DNA of 64,000 bases, taken from Nocardioides sp. Lineage in GTDB: Bacteria > Actinomycetota > Actinomycetes > Propionibacteriales > Nocardioidaceae. The notes under the pieces are model-generated. The model saw only the letters and a program-made list of their open reading frames with translations, searched no databases and was not told the origin of the DNA. The stretch covers positions 3,706 to 67,705 of the forward strand of contig NZ_JAPYPS010000016.1 in assembly GCF_029937575.1 (NCBI RefSeq), in the 5' to 3' direction. Made by a program: the position numbers and the translations under genes. Each line of letters starts with the position of its first letter. Position 1 is the stretch's first letter. This document shows positions 44,794-53,435 of the stretch, piece after piece.

Positions 44794-45671
44794 GCGTGGC
44801 CACCCTCGACCCCGAGCCCGCCCACGCGGTCGCCGAGACGCTGCGCCGACTCACTCCCGTCGGACTGGACGAGCTGGTCGACCGCGCAGCCCTTCTCACC
44901 CGCGTCGACCGCAAGTACGTCGTGGCGGTGCAGGACCTGCCCGCCCTGCTCGAGTACCTCCCGGACGACACCCACGTGCTCGAGATCGGCGATGCCCGCG
45001 CCTTCGGCTACCGCTCGACCTACCTCGACACCCCGGACCGGGCCAGCTACCTGCTCGCCGGTCGGCGCCACCGCCGCCGCTTCAAGGTGCGCACCCGCGC
45101 CTATCTCGACACCGACACCTGTTGGTTGGAGGTCAAGACGCGGTCGGCACGCGATGCCACCGTGAAGCAGCGGATCACCCACCACGACGCCGGTGACGGA
45201 CCGCTCACCACCGAGGGTCTCGCGTTCGTCGACGCGTGCCTCGAGGAGGCCCGGGTGGAGGCCGCCTGCGCCGCTGATCTCGCACCGGTCCTCGTGACGG
45301 CCTACCGTCGCGCCACCCTGCTCCTGCCGAGCTCCGGCAGCCGCGTCACCATCGACACCGATCTCGGCTGGACCTCGCTCACCTCCACGCCACGCGACCT
45401 CGATCGACCCGCACTGGCGATCGTCGAGACCAAGACCGGCTCGACACCCTCTGCGGTCGACCGGCTGCTGTGGTCGCGCGGGCACCGGCCCGTCCAGGTC
45501 TCCAAGTACGGCGTGGGCATGGCCGCTCTCGATCCCGTCCTCCCGCGCCTGAAGTGGCACCGGGTCCTCGACCGCCGGCTGCACGTGCCCCGCCGGCACG
45601 CATCCCACCCACACGCACCCGCATCCGCATCCGCCAGCTCACCGACGCCTCCGAGAAGGAGCCCACGATGA
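44790..45671 (+). CDS. VTC-domain (polyphosphate-polymerase-domain) protein
   Basis: ATG 44790 overlaps the upstream stop (ATGA). RVDRKYVV, STYLDTPD, RRRFKVRTRAY, WLEVKTR and IVETKTGS are the basic tunnel-type beta-strand signatures I associate with VTC/CYTH-like domains. Confidence 0.7.
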   Translation: MSVATLDPEPAHAVAETLRRLTPVGLDELVDRAALLTRVDRKYVVAVQDLPALLEYLPDDTHVLEIGDARAFGYRSTYLDTPDRASYLLAGRRHRRRFKVRTRAYLDTDTCWLEVKTRSARDATVKQRITHHDAGDGPLTTEGLAFVDACLEEARVEAACAADLAPVLVTAYRRATLLLPSSGSRVTIDTDLGWTSLTSTPRDLDRPALAIVETKTGSTPSAVDRLLWSRGHRPVQVSKYGVGMAALDPVLPRLKWHRVLDRRLHVPRRHASHPHAPASASASSPTPPRRSPR

Positions 45672-47497
45672 ATCTCCGCCACACCCTCCGCACGAGCCTC
45701 GCCGCAGGTGCCGCGGTCGCCCTCCTGGTCGGCTGCGGCAGCACTGCCCCGGCCGGCACCTCCGCGGCCTCCACCGGCACCTCCGGCAGCACCACGTCGC
45801 TGGTCGCGGGCACCGCCGGCATCACCGCCACCGAGGCCCTGGCTGCCAACGAGGAGGCGCACACCGCAGACGACCCCGGCGCATACGGCGATGGCGACAC
45901 CGACACCGGCACGGGGACGACCATCACGCTGGACGACGCGGAGTCGGCCGTCGACGGTGACGGCGCCTCGGTCGAGGGGGACGTCGTGACCATCTCGACG
46001 GCGGGCACCTACGTCATCTCCGGCACCCTGACCGACGGCCAGCTGGTCGTCGACAGCACCGACGACGGCACGGTCGAGCTCGTGCTCGACGGCGTCGACA
46101 TCACCTCGACTGACGACTCGCCGCTGCTCGTCACCGAGGCCGACGAGGCCGTGGTGGTGCTCGCCGACGGCTCGGTCAACCGCCTGGCCGACGGCGCGGC
46201 CTCCACCGCCGACGACGACGAGGAGGACGCCGCGAACGCCACCCTCTTCTCCACCGCCGATCTGACCATCGCCGGCACCGGCGCGCTGGAGGTCGAGGGC
46301 AACGCCGACGGGATCACCAGCAAGGACGGCCTCGTCGTGCTCGGGGGCGAGATCACCATCAGCGCCGCCGACGATGGTCTCCGCGGCAAGGACTACCTGG
46401 TGGTCGAAGGGGGCACCCTCACCGTCGAGGCCGGAGGCGACGGGCTGAAGTCGGACAACGACAGCGACGAGGCCGACGGCTTCGTGGCCGTCACCGGAGG
46501 CTCGGTCACGGTCGAGGCCGCCGACGACGGGCTCGCCGCCACCACGGACGCCATCGTGGGGGGCGGCAGCCTGTCCATCACCGCCGGGGACGGCTCCGCC
46601 TCCGGCACCTCCTCTGCCACCACGGACGACACGACCAGCAAGGGCATCCAGGCCGGGGCCAGCATCGTCGTCTCCGGGGGCGAGGTCACCGTGGATGCCT
46701 CCGACGACGCGATCAACTCCGACAGCGTGGTCTCGGTCGACGGCGGCACCCTCGTCCTCGCCTCCGGTGACGACGCCATGCACGCGGACGGCGACCTGAC
46801 CGTGGCCGGTGGCAGCATCACGGTCACGACCTCCTACGAGGCTCTCGAGGCGGGCACCATGACCATCTCCGACGGCATCCTCGACGTGACCTCGAGCGAT
46901 GACGGCATCAACGTGGTCAACGACGCCGGCGACGCCTCGCTCCTCATCGAGGGAGGCAGTGTGCTCGTGCACGCCGGCGGCGACGGGATCGACGTGGGGG
47001 GAGACGGCAGCATCACCGGCGGCGACGTCGTCGTCGAGGGCCCCACCCAGCCGGGCAACGGCGCGCTCGACCTCGACGGCGCCCTGCTGACCGAGGGCGG
47101 CACCCTCGTGGCTGTCGGCACGTCCGGCATGGCGTCGGCCCCGTCGACGGAGTCGTCACAGGCCTGGGTGTCGGCCACGCTCACCAGCACCGTCCCGACC
47201 GGGTCGGTCATCACCGTCACCGACAGCGACGGCACCCTGGTGACCGAGTACGAGGTGGGCGAGGAGATCTCGTCGTTCGTCTACTCGGGCCCGGAGATCG
47301 AGGACGGCGACTCGTACTACCTCCTGGTCGATGGCGTCGAGACGGCCACCGTCACCGCCGGCGAGGGCCCCACGGGCGGCATGGGGGGCATGGGCGGGGG
47401 CCCCGGTGGCGGGGGCCCCGGTGGCGGGGGCCCCGGTGGCGGGGGCCCCGGTGGCGGGGGCACCCCTCCCGACGGGTTCCCGGACGTCGCGTCCTGA
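45668..47497 (+). CDS. Acidic secreted lipoprotein, DUF4353/carbohydrate-binding-domain-type beta-helix-like repeats with a Gly-rich tail
   Basis: ATG 45668 overlaps the VTC stop (ATGA), with GAGAAGGAG upstream. Lipobox LLVGCGS. Repeated DDG(L/I) motifs at about 20-30-aa intervals, and a C-terminal (GGPGG)x4 tract. Confidence 0.75.
   Translation: MNLRHTLRTSLAAGAAVALLVGCGSTAPAGTSAASTGTSGSTTSLVAGTAGITATEALAANEEAHTADDPGAYGDGDTDTGTGTTITLDDAESAVDGDGASVEGDVVTISTAGTYVISGTLTDGQLVVDSTDDGTVELVLDGVDITSTDDSPLLVTEADEAVVVLADGSVNRLADGAASTADDDEEDAANATLFSTADLTIAGTGALEVEGNADGITSKDGLVVLGGEITISAADDGLRGKDYLVVEGGTLTVEAGGDGLKSDNDSDEADGFVAVTGGSVTVEAADDGLAATTDAIVGGGSLSITAGDGSASGTSSATTDDTTSKGIQAGASIVVSGGEVTVDASDDAINSDSVVSVDGGTLVLASGDDAMHADGDLTVAGGSITVTTSYEALEAGTMTISDGILDVTSSDDGINVVNDAGDASLLIEGGSVLVHAGGDGIDVGGDGSITGGDVVVEGPTQPGNGALDLDGALLTEGGTLVAVGTSGMASAPSTESSQAWVSATLTSTVPTGSVITVTDSDGTLVTEYEVGEEISSFVYSGPEIEDGDSYYLLVDGVETATVTAGEGPTGGMGGMGGGPGGGGPGGGGPGGGGPGGGGTPPDGFPDVAS
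47399..47458. repeat. In-frame 15-bp tandem repeat (GGCCCCGGTGGCGGG x4) at the 3' end of the lipoprotein gene
   Basis: Encodes (GPGGG)x4. Confidence 0.85.
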
Positions 47498-47502
47498 GGG
47501 GC

Positions 47503-48024
47503 TCAGCGCCGGAGGTAGGCCAGCTCGTCGAGCTCCGGGGCGGGCGTGGCGTAGATCTCGAGCCAGTCCAGCGCCCCGATCGGGCCCTCCAGCCCGACGT
47601 ACGGCAGACCCACGGCACGTTCGACCCGGCCCAGCAGCACGGCATCGGGACAGGCCACGGCGAGGTCGTCCTCGAAGCCGACGAAGCACAGCGACACCGT
47701 CCCGTCGGGCACGCCGGGCACCACGAAGTCGACCCGACGCGACACCGGACCGTCGTCCTCGACGGCCGTCAGACCGGCCACCGACAGTCCCGGGACGGCC
47801 CCGTCGGCCGGCAGGTAGCCGAGCCACGAGTCGTCGTCCGCGACGGTGCGATAGCTGTCGGAGACGCCGGCGTTCCCGGAGTTGCCGGCAACGCCGTCGT
47901 ACACCGCCAGCGCGACGAGCAGGCCCACGACCACCAGCAGCACCGGCCCCACCCGGCGCGCCAGCGCCCGCGCCCGCTCACCGCCGAAGGGCGGGCGTGC
48001 GGGTCGCGGGCTGCGGTGGTTCAC
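47503..48024 (-). CDS. Hypothetical membrane-anchored protein
   Basis: GTG 48024 overlaps the FadD17-like stop (GTGA). TM segment VGPVLLVVVGLLVALAVY. Confidence 0.5.
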   Translation of the reverse strand: MNHRSPRPARPPFGGERARALARRVGPVLLVVVGLLVALAVYDGVAGNSGNAGVSDSYRTVADDDSWLGYLPADGAVPGLSVAGLTAVEDDGPVSRRVDFVVPGVPDGTVSLCFVGFEDDLAVACPDAVLLGRVERAVGLPYVGLEGPIGALDWLEIYATPAPELDELAYLRR

Positions 48025-49613
48025 GTCAAGGCCAGACTCGGACCGTACGACGTGCCACGCGGCTGGCGCGACCAGAGGACGCCGTCGCCGGGCGTGATGC
48101 CCTCGGCGATGAGGGTGCGCTTGAGCACCTTGTTGGTCGCGGTGCTGGGCAGGGACGGCGCCAGCCGGACGAAGCGCGGCCACGCCTTGGGCGACAGGTC
48201 GGGCTGGGCGGCGAGGAACTCCTCGAGCTCGTCGGGCTCGAGGGTGGAGTCGTCGTTGAGCACGATGGCGGCCATCACCTGGTCACCCACGTCGTCGGGC
48301 ACGGCGTACACCGCCACCTGGTTGATCGCGTCCAGGCGGGTCAGGATCCGCTCGATCGGCGCGGCGGCGAGGTTCTCCCCGTCGACGCGCATCCAGTCGG
48401 CGGTGCGCCCGGCCAGGTAGATCCAGTCGTCGGCGTCCTTGTAGGCCAGGTCGCCAGACCAGTACATCCCGTGACGCATCCGGTCCTCGTTGGCCTTCGG
48501 GTCGTTGTAGTACCCCTGGAAGTAGCCGCCGCCCGTGGTGTTGACCAGCTCGCCGACGGCCTGGTCGGCGTTGGTCAGGGCACCGTGCTCGTCGAACTGC
48601 GCGACCGCGCACTCGGTGACGCTCGCGCTGTCGTAGATCGCGACGCCGTCCATCCCCTTGCCGATCGAGCCCGGCGGGCACCCGTCCTCGCGCAGGATGA
48701 TGATCGCCAGCTCGGTCGAGCCGAAGCCGTCCACCACCGAGCAACCGAAGCGACGGGCGAACTCGTCGATGTTGCGGTCGCCGGCCTCGTTGCCGAACGC
48801 GGTGCGCAGGGGGTTGTCGGCGTCGTCGGGCTGCTCGGGCGTCGCGAGCACGTAGGCCAACGGCTTGCCGACGTAGTTCATGTAGGTCACGCCATGGGTT
48901 CGTACGTCGTCGAGGAACCGGCTCGCGGAGAACTTCGTCGGCACCATGGCCGCCCCGGACCCGACCGCGACCGCCCAGCCGGCCACCACCGCGTTGGAGT
49001 GGAACAGCGGCATCGACAGGTAGCAGACGTCGTCGCTGGTCATCGAGAACCGGTCGACCAGGTTGAGGCCGGAGAAGAGCACCATCAGGTGGGCGACCTG
49101 CACGGCCTTGGGGTCACCGCTGGTGCCGGAGGTGAAGATCATCATGAAGGTGTCCATCGCCTCGACCTCGCGGTGCGGCGTCAGCGGTCCGGCCCCGGCG
49201 ATGAGCTCGGCCCACTCCCCGGTGGACGTGTCGAGCACCCGTACGTCGCCGAGGTCGAGGCCCTCGAGCAGCGGGTGATGCTCGTTGTCGGTGACCAGCA
49301 CCTGGCACTCCGAGCGACGGATGTCGGCGACCAGCCCGTCCCCACGCCGGGTGGTGTTGATGCCACACAGGGTGAACCCACCGAGCCCGGCCGCCGCCAT
49401 CATCCGCAGCATGTCCGGGCTGTTGCCGAGCAGCGTGCCCACGTGCACCGGCCGCTGGGCGTCCGCGATCCCGATCAGGGCGGCTGCGACCTGCGAGCTC
49501 TCCGAGATGTGCTCACGCCAGGTCTGCGACCGGCCGTCGTGGAGGATCGCGGTGCTGTCGTCCTCGGCGCGCTCGCGCAGCAGCTGCTGGACCGTCCCTG
49601 CCGTCGAGGCCAT
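48021..49613 (-). CDS. AMP-dependent acyl-CoA synthetase, FadD17-like
   Basis: MIFTSGTSGDPKAV, CYLSMPLFHSNAV, YVGKPLAYVLATPEQPDDADNPLR, GFGSTE and WMRVDGENL. The start shares 1 nt with the upstream stop. Confidence 0.88.
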   Translation of the reverse strand: MASTAGTVQQLLRERAEDDSTAILHDGRSQTWREHISESSQVAAALIGIADAQRPVHVGTLLGNSPDMLRMMAAAGLGGFTLCGINTTRRGDGLVADIRRSECQVLVTDNEHHPLLEGLDLGDVRVLDTSTGEWAELIAGAGPLTPHREVEAMDTFMMIFTSGTSGDPKAVQVAHLMVLFSGLNLVDRFSMTSDDVCYLSMPLFHSNAVVAGWAVAVGSGAAMVPTKFSASRFLDDVRTHGVTYMNYVGKPLAYVLATPEQPDDADNPLRTAFGNEAGDRNIDEFARRFGCSVVDGFGSTELAIIILREDGCPPGSIGKGMDGVAIYDSASVTECAVAQFDEHGALTNADQAVGELVNTTGGGYFQGYYNDPKANEDRMRHGMYWSGDLAYKDADDWIYLAGRTADWMRVDGENLAAAPIERILTRLDAINQVAVYAVPDDVGDQVMAAIVLNDDSTLEPDELEEFLAAQPDLSPKAWPRFVRLAPSLPSTATNKVLKRTLIAEGITPGDGVLWSRQPRGTSYGPSLALT

Positions 49614-50500
49614 CAGGCCACGCTCCCGGCGGTGGTGCCGACGCCGGCGGTGAGGCCGATCCGGTCGGCCAGCCGGTCGAGGGAGGCCATCACCTCGTCA
49701 TCGGACTTGTCCGGTACCCCCCAGATCAGGTCGGTGGCACCTGCCTCCGCCCAGCCGGCGAGGTCCTCGGGCGACGGCTTCGAGGCGATCAGCACGTGGA
49801 TCTGCGGCTCACCGTCGCGACCGGCCTCGGCCCAGGCCGTGCGCAGCGCAGCACACTTCGCGCTGATGTCCTGCTCGATCGGCGTCGTCATCCACCCGTC
49901 GGCGTGAGCGGCGATCCAGGCGAACGTCTTGGGCCCGGCCCCGGCCCCGATCACCAGCGGGATGTGCGGCTGCACCGGCTTGGGGTAGGCCCACGAGGGT
50001 CCGAACGAGACGAACTCCCCGTCGTAGGAGGCCTCCTCGTCGGTCCACAGCGAGCGCATCGCCTCGACGTACTCCTTCAGGACCGTACGGCGCCTGCCTG
50101 GCGGCACGTGGTGGTCCTCGAGCTCGTCGGTGTTCCAGCCGAAGCCTGCCCCGATGGTCACCCGCCCGCCGGAGAGGTGGTCGAGGGTGGCGATCTGCTT
50201 GGCCAGCGTGATCGGGTCCGACTCCACGGGCAGCGCCACCGCCGTCGAGAGCCGGATCCGCGAGGTCACCGCGGCTGCTGTCGCCAGCGAGATCCACGGG
50301 TCGAGAGTGCGGGTGTAGCGGTCGTCGGGCAGCGACTCACCCCCCGTCGGGTGCGCGGCGTCGCGCCGCACCGGGATGTGCGTGTGCTCCGGCACGTAGA
50401 TCGTGTCGAAACCACGTTGCTCCCCAGCAAGGGCGAGCGCGGCAGGGGTGATCCCCCGGTCGGACGAGAACAGGACGAGGCCGTTGCGCATGAACGGCAT
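49613..50500 (-). CDS. LLM-class F420-dependent oxidoreductase
   Basis: YVPEHTHIP, LDHLSGGRV, GAGFGWN and SLWTDEEASY. The start is ATG 50500 or ATG 50491. A KstR-type box abuts the start. Confidence 0.82.
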   Translation of the reverse strand: MPFMRNGLVLFSSDRGITPAALALAGEQRGFDTIYVPEHTHIPVRRDAAHPTGGESLPDDRYTRTLDPWISLATAAAVTSRIRLSTAVALPVESDPITLAKQIATLDHLSGGRVTIGAGFGWNTDELEDHHVPPGRRRTVLKEYVEAMRSLWTDEEASYDGEFVSFGPSWAYPKPVQPHIPLVIGAGAGPKTFAWIAAHADGWMTTPIEQDISAKCAALRTAWAEAGRDGEPQIHVLIASKPSPEDLAGWAEAGATDLIWGVPDKSDDEVMASLDRLADRIGLTAGVGTTAGSVA

Positions 50501-50514
50501 TAGAACGTGTTCTA
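50501..50514. promoter_or_regulatory. KstR-type operator (TAGAACGTGTTCTA)
   Basis: Perfect arms. It directly abuts ATG 50500 of the LLM/FadD17-like operon. Confidence 0.65.
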
Positions 50515-50581
50515 GTTCACTTCGTCCAGGAAATGGCTCAGAAGGATGCCTCCGACGTGCCGCGCGGCCCTGGCGTCGCGC

Positions 50582-51151
50582 TCAGCCGTCGACGAGGGCC
50601 TGGATGGAGCGACCGTAGAGATCGACCAGCTGCTCGACGGAGGCCTCGACGATCAGCCGATCAGCCAGGATCGCCACGGCGTCGAGCAGCCCGGAGATGG
50701 CCGCCGCGACCAGTCGTGCCCGCAGCTCGGGGTCGGGCCCCGACAGCCGAGGCGCGAGGGGCTCGATGAACATCTCCTCCATCGCGGCGATCAGGCGGGA
50801 CCGCACCAGGTCGCTGTCGGTCGCACGCAGCATCGCCCGCCACGTGCTGAAGGTGAGCTCGGGCGCCTCGGTCAGCAACGACTCCACCAGCCGCGCGCCG
50901 AGCGACTCCAGGGGACCGCTGGTCACGTGGTCGAAGCGCCCCTCGATGGCGACCGTCTCCAGGAACAGCCGCTCCTTGGAGCCGAAGTGCCGGATGACCA
51001 GCGCCGGGTCCGCACCCGCCTCGGCCGCGATCGCCCGCACCGACGTGGCGGCGTACCCCTGCCGCGCGAAGAGCCGACGCGCCGCCGTGCCGATCGCCTC
51101 CTTCGTGAGCGCACCCGACCCGCTGCGGGAGCTGGCGGCGGCCTCGGTCAC
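50582..51151 (-). CDS. TetR family transcriptional regulator
   Basis: HTH TSVRAIAAEAGADPALVIRHFGSKERLF. I prefer GTG 51151 over the ORF-track start at 51193. Confidence 0.82.
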   Translation of the reverse strand: MTEAAASSRSGSGALTKEAIGTAARRLFARQGYAATSVRAIAAEAGADPALVIRHFGSKERLFLETVAIEGRFDHVTSGPLESLGARLVESLLTEAPELTFSTWRAMLRATDSDLVRSRLIAAMEEMFIEPLAPRLSGPDPELRARLVAAAISGLLDAVAILADRLIVEASVEQLVDLYGRSIQALVDG

Positions 51152-51220
51152 GCGGCCGACCCTATGCGGTGGGCCGTGTGAGCGTTGACACACGGCGGAG
51201 GCGGTTCGTACAGTCCGCTT

Positions 51221-51235
51221 GTCAACAGTGTTGAC
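51221..51235. promoter_or_regulatory. Palindrome GTCAAC-AGT-GTTGAC between the TetR and the solute-binding lipoprotein gene
   Basis: Perfect 6-bp arms, 19 nt upstream of ATG 51255. Confidence 0.45.
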
Positions 51236-51254
51236 TTACCCGTCTGGAGACTGC

Positions 51255-52805
51255 ATGCCTCGCTTGCTCCCGCGACGCACCCGCCCGTCCGCGACCGTCG
51301 TCGCTGTCGCCGCGACGGTGGCCTGCCTCGCCCTGACCGCCTGCGGCTCCAACCTCGATCCCCAGCAGGTTGCCGCCGGTCGCGGCGTCGACACCGCAGG
51401 AAGCGGTACGGCGGCTCCCGGCGCCCCTGCCGATGGCACCGTCCCCGGCGCCGACGACGGCGGTGTCCCCGCGGATCCCGGCGACGGGTCGGTCCCCGAC
51501 TCCACCGGTAGTGGCAACGGGACACCCCCGGCCAGCGGAGACGCCGGCTCAGGCAGCGGCGGCGCCCCCGGTGACGACGGGACATCCGGCGAAGCACCCG
51601 GGGACGGAGACTCGGGCGACGGCGACGACACCCCCGGCGACAACTCCCCCACGGGGGGCCGCGCGGCCGGCGACTGCGACGGGTTCACGAACACCACAGG
51701 GATCACCGACTCCGAGATCACCATCGCCAACGCCTCGGACATCTCCGGCCCCGTGCCCGGCCTCTTCGAGTCCGCTCGACAGGGCACCCAGGCCTTCGTC
51801 AGCTACTACAACTCGACCGAGAAGCTCTGTGGGCGCTCCCTCAAGCTGCTCCCCCTCGACAGTCGCGCCGATGCGGGCGCCGACCAGCAGGCCTACGCGA
51901 CCGCGTGCGAGGAGTCCTTCGCCGCCGTGGGGTCCGTCTCGTCGTTCGACGCCGGTGGGGCCGCGACCGCGGAGCAGTGCGGCCTGCCCGACATCCGCGG
52001 CTTCACCGTCACTCCGGAGCGGCAGAAGTGCTCCACCTGTCGGGCGGCGTACGCGATCTCGAGCTCGACCATCTCCGACACCATCCCGAAGTTCTGGCTC
52101 AAGAAGGAGCCCGAGGCCAGCAAGCACGTGGGGATCTTCTACGTCAACGTCGCCGCCTCGAAGGTCAACGCCGAGGCGTTCCGCAACGCCTACGAGCGCG
52201 CCGGCATGAACGTCGACGTGCTGCAGCCCATCGACACGGCGGAGTTCAACTACGCGACGTACGCACAACAGATGAAGGACAACGACATCCAGTTCGTGCA
52301 GTACTTCGGGCCCTACCAGTTCGCCATCAAGCTGCAGCAGGCGATGAAGCAGCAGAGCTTCACCCCGAAGGTGTACTTCCAGGACCCGACCATCTACGAC
52401 GCCAACTACCTCAAGCAGGCGGGCGACGTCGCCAAGGGTGTCTACGTCTTCAGCACCACCGAGCTCTTCGACAACACCGGCATCCGTGAGATGGCGCTCT
52501 ACCGCAGCTGGCTGGACCAGGTCGCCCCGGGCGCCGTCCCCAACTACTACGGGCTCTACGCCTGGTCGGCCGCACGGCTCTTCGTCGAGCAGGCCACGGC
52601 CCTCGGTGGCAAGCTCAGCCGCACGTCCCTGGTGAACTCGCTCGCGAAGGTCAAGGGCTGGACCAGCAACGGGCTCCACGCCCCGATGGCCGTCGGCGCC
52701 GGCACCACGTCGCCCTGCGCCAAGATCCTCCAGTACTCCGGCAGCTCGTGGAGCTCGGTGAGCGGGCGCGACTTCACCTGCGGCAGCCTGGTCAACGCCA
52801 CCTGA
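51255..52805 (+). CDS. Solute-binding lipoprotein of the branched-chain-amino-acid-type ABC family (Peripla_BP_6-like), orphan
   Basis: ATG 51255. Lipobox LALTACGS, then about 100 aa of Gly/Asp/Pro-rich linker, then a periplasmic-binding-fold body. No permease or ATPase gene is adjacent. Confidence 0.7.
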   Translation: MPRLLPRRTRPSATVVAVAATVACLALTACGSNLDPQQVAAGRGVDTAGSGTAAPGAPADGTVPGADDGGVPADPGDGSVPDSTGSGNGTPPASGDAGSGSGGAPGDDGTSGEAPGDGDSGDGDDTPGDNSPTGGRAAGDCDGFTNTTGITDSEITIANASDISGPVPGLFESARQGTQAFVSYYNSTEKLCGRSLKLLPLDSRADAGADQQAYATACEESFAAVGSVSSFDAGGAATAEQCGLPDIRGFTVTPERQKCSTCRAAYAISSSTISDTIPKFWLKKEPEASKHVGIFYVNVAASKVNAEAFRNAYERAGMNVDVLQPIDTAEFNYATYAQQMKDNDIQFVQYFGPYQFAIKLQQAMKQQSFTPKVYFQDPTIYDANYLKQAGDVAKGVYVFSTTELFDNTGIREMALYRSWLDQVAPGAVPNYYGLYAWSAARLFVEQATALGGKLSRTSLVNSLAKVKGWTSNGLHAPMAVGAGTTSPCAKILQYSGSSWSSVSGRDFTCGSLVNAT

Positions 52806-52890
52806 CCGGCGCCCGCACCGTCCCACAGCCCGACTGCGCCGACTCACCCCGACGGGCGACGCGAGCCCCCGCCAGCCGTGTCACGGTGAT

Positions 52891-52917
52891 GGATCGGCGC
52901 CCTTGCGGCGCCGATCC
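52891..52917 (+). terminator. Possible tail-less terminator after the solute-binding-protein gene
   Basis: GGATCGGCGCC-CTTGC-GGCGCCGATCC, a perfect 11-bp stem, 86 nt after the stop. Confidence 0.4.
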
Positions 52918-52973
52918 AGCAGGCGCGGACCACCCAGGTCGGAGCGCCGATCACCAGCAAGGAGTGTCAGCAG

Positions 52974-53213
52974 ATGGGTTACGGATTCGGTGGATTCCTG
53001 ATCGTGGTGGGACTCGTCCTCGCCTTCGCGGTCAACGACGCGGTCGACGACGTCAACCTGTACGCCGTTGGCCTCATCATGGCGGGCGTGGGAGTGGTGG
53101 TCGTCGCCCTGACCGCCTTCACGCTCAACAACCAGCGCCGCTCGCGCACGGTGCAGACGACCACGCACCCGGATGGCTCGCAGACGGTCAACGAGCGTCG
53201 CAACGAGATCTGA
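52974..53213 (+). CDS. Small two-TM membrane protein (DUF6458-like)
   Basis: AAGGAG lies 9 nt upstream. The sequence is MGYGFGGFLIVVGLVLAFAV...GLIMAGVGVVVVALTAF. A hairpin lies 14 nt downstream. Confidence 0.7.
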   Translation: MGYGFGGFLIVVGLVLAFAVNDAVDDVNLYAVGLIMAGVGVVVVALTAFTLNNQRRSRTVQTTTHPDGSQTVNERRNEI

Positions 53214-53226
53214 TCCAGCAGCGCCG

Positions 53227-53254
53227 ATCGGCCCGGGCTCGCCCCCGGGCCGAT
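53227..53254. terminator. Hairpin between the small membrane protein gene and the convergent copA
   Basis: ATCGGCCCGGG-CTCGCC-CCCGGGCCGAT, a perfect 11-bp stem, 14 nt after stop 53213. Confidence 0.45.
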
Positions 53255-53435
53255 TCGTGTGTCCAGGCCGATTCGCACGTGCGGGCGCGCACGCGACTGA
53301 GGCCCCACCGGCCGGGGAGCAGACGGAAGGGCCTCAACCACCCGAGGGCATCGGGCAACCGGAGTGGCGGCGTCTGCGCAAGTCGCCTCCACCACCGGTG
53401 AGACCCACACTACCCAGTGACGCCACGCTCAACCC

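Noticed and set aside
45585-45671. The low-complexity C-terminal tail of the VTC-domain protein (HASHPHAPASASASSPTPPRRSPR) as a sign of a frameshift
   Set aside because: The frame ends in a clean ATGA overlap with the next gene, which has its own Shine-Dalgarno sequence. No alternative frame gives a better continuation.
47331-49907. An 858-aa + strand ORF
   Set aside because: It is the antisense shadow of the FadD17-like and LLM genes, with a Pro/Arg/Ala-rich translation.
53255-53435. A 180-bp non-coding stretch downstream of copA, checked for tRNA, sRNA or a small ORF
   Set aside because: There is no tRNA-like T-arm or anticodon structure and no ORF with coding bias. The only features are a 10-bp direct repeat (GGCCGATTCG at 53248 and 53266) and a short palindrome CGCACGTGCG.
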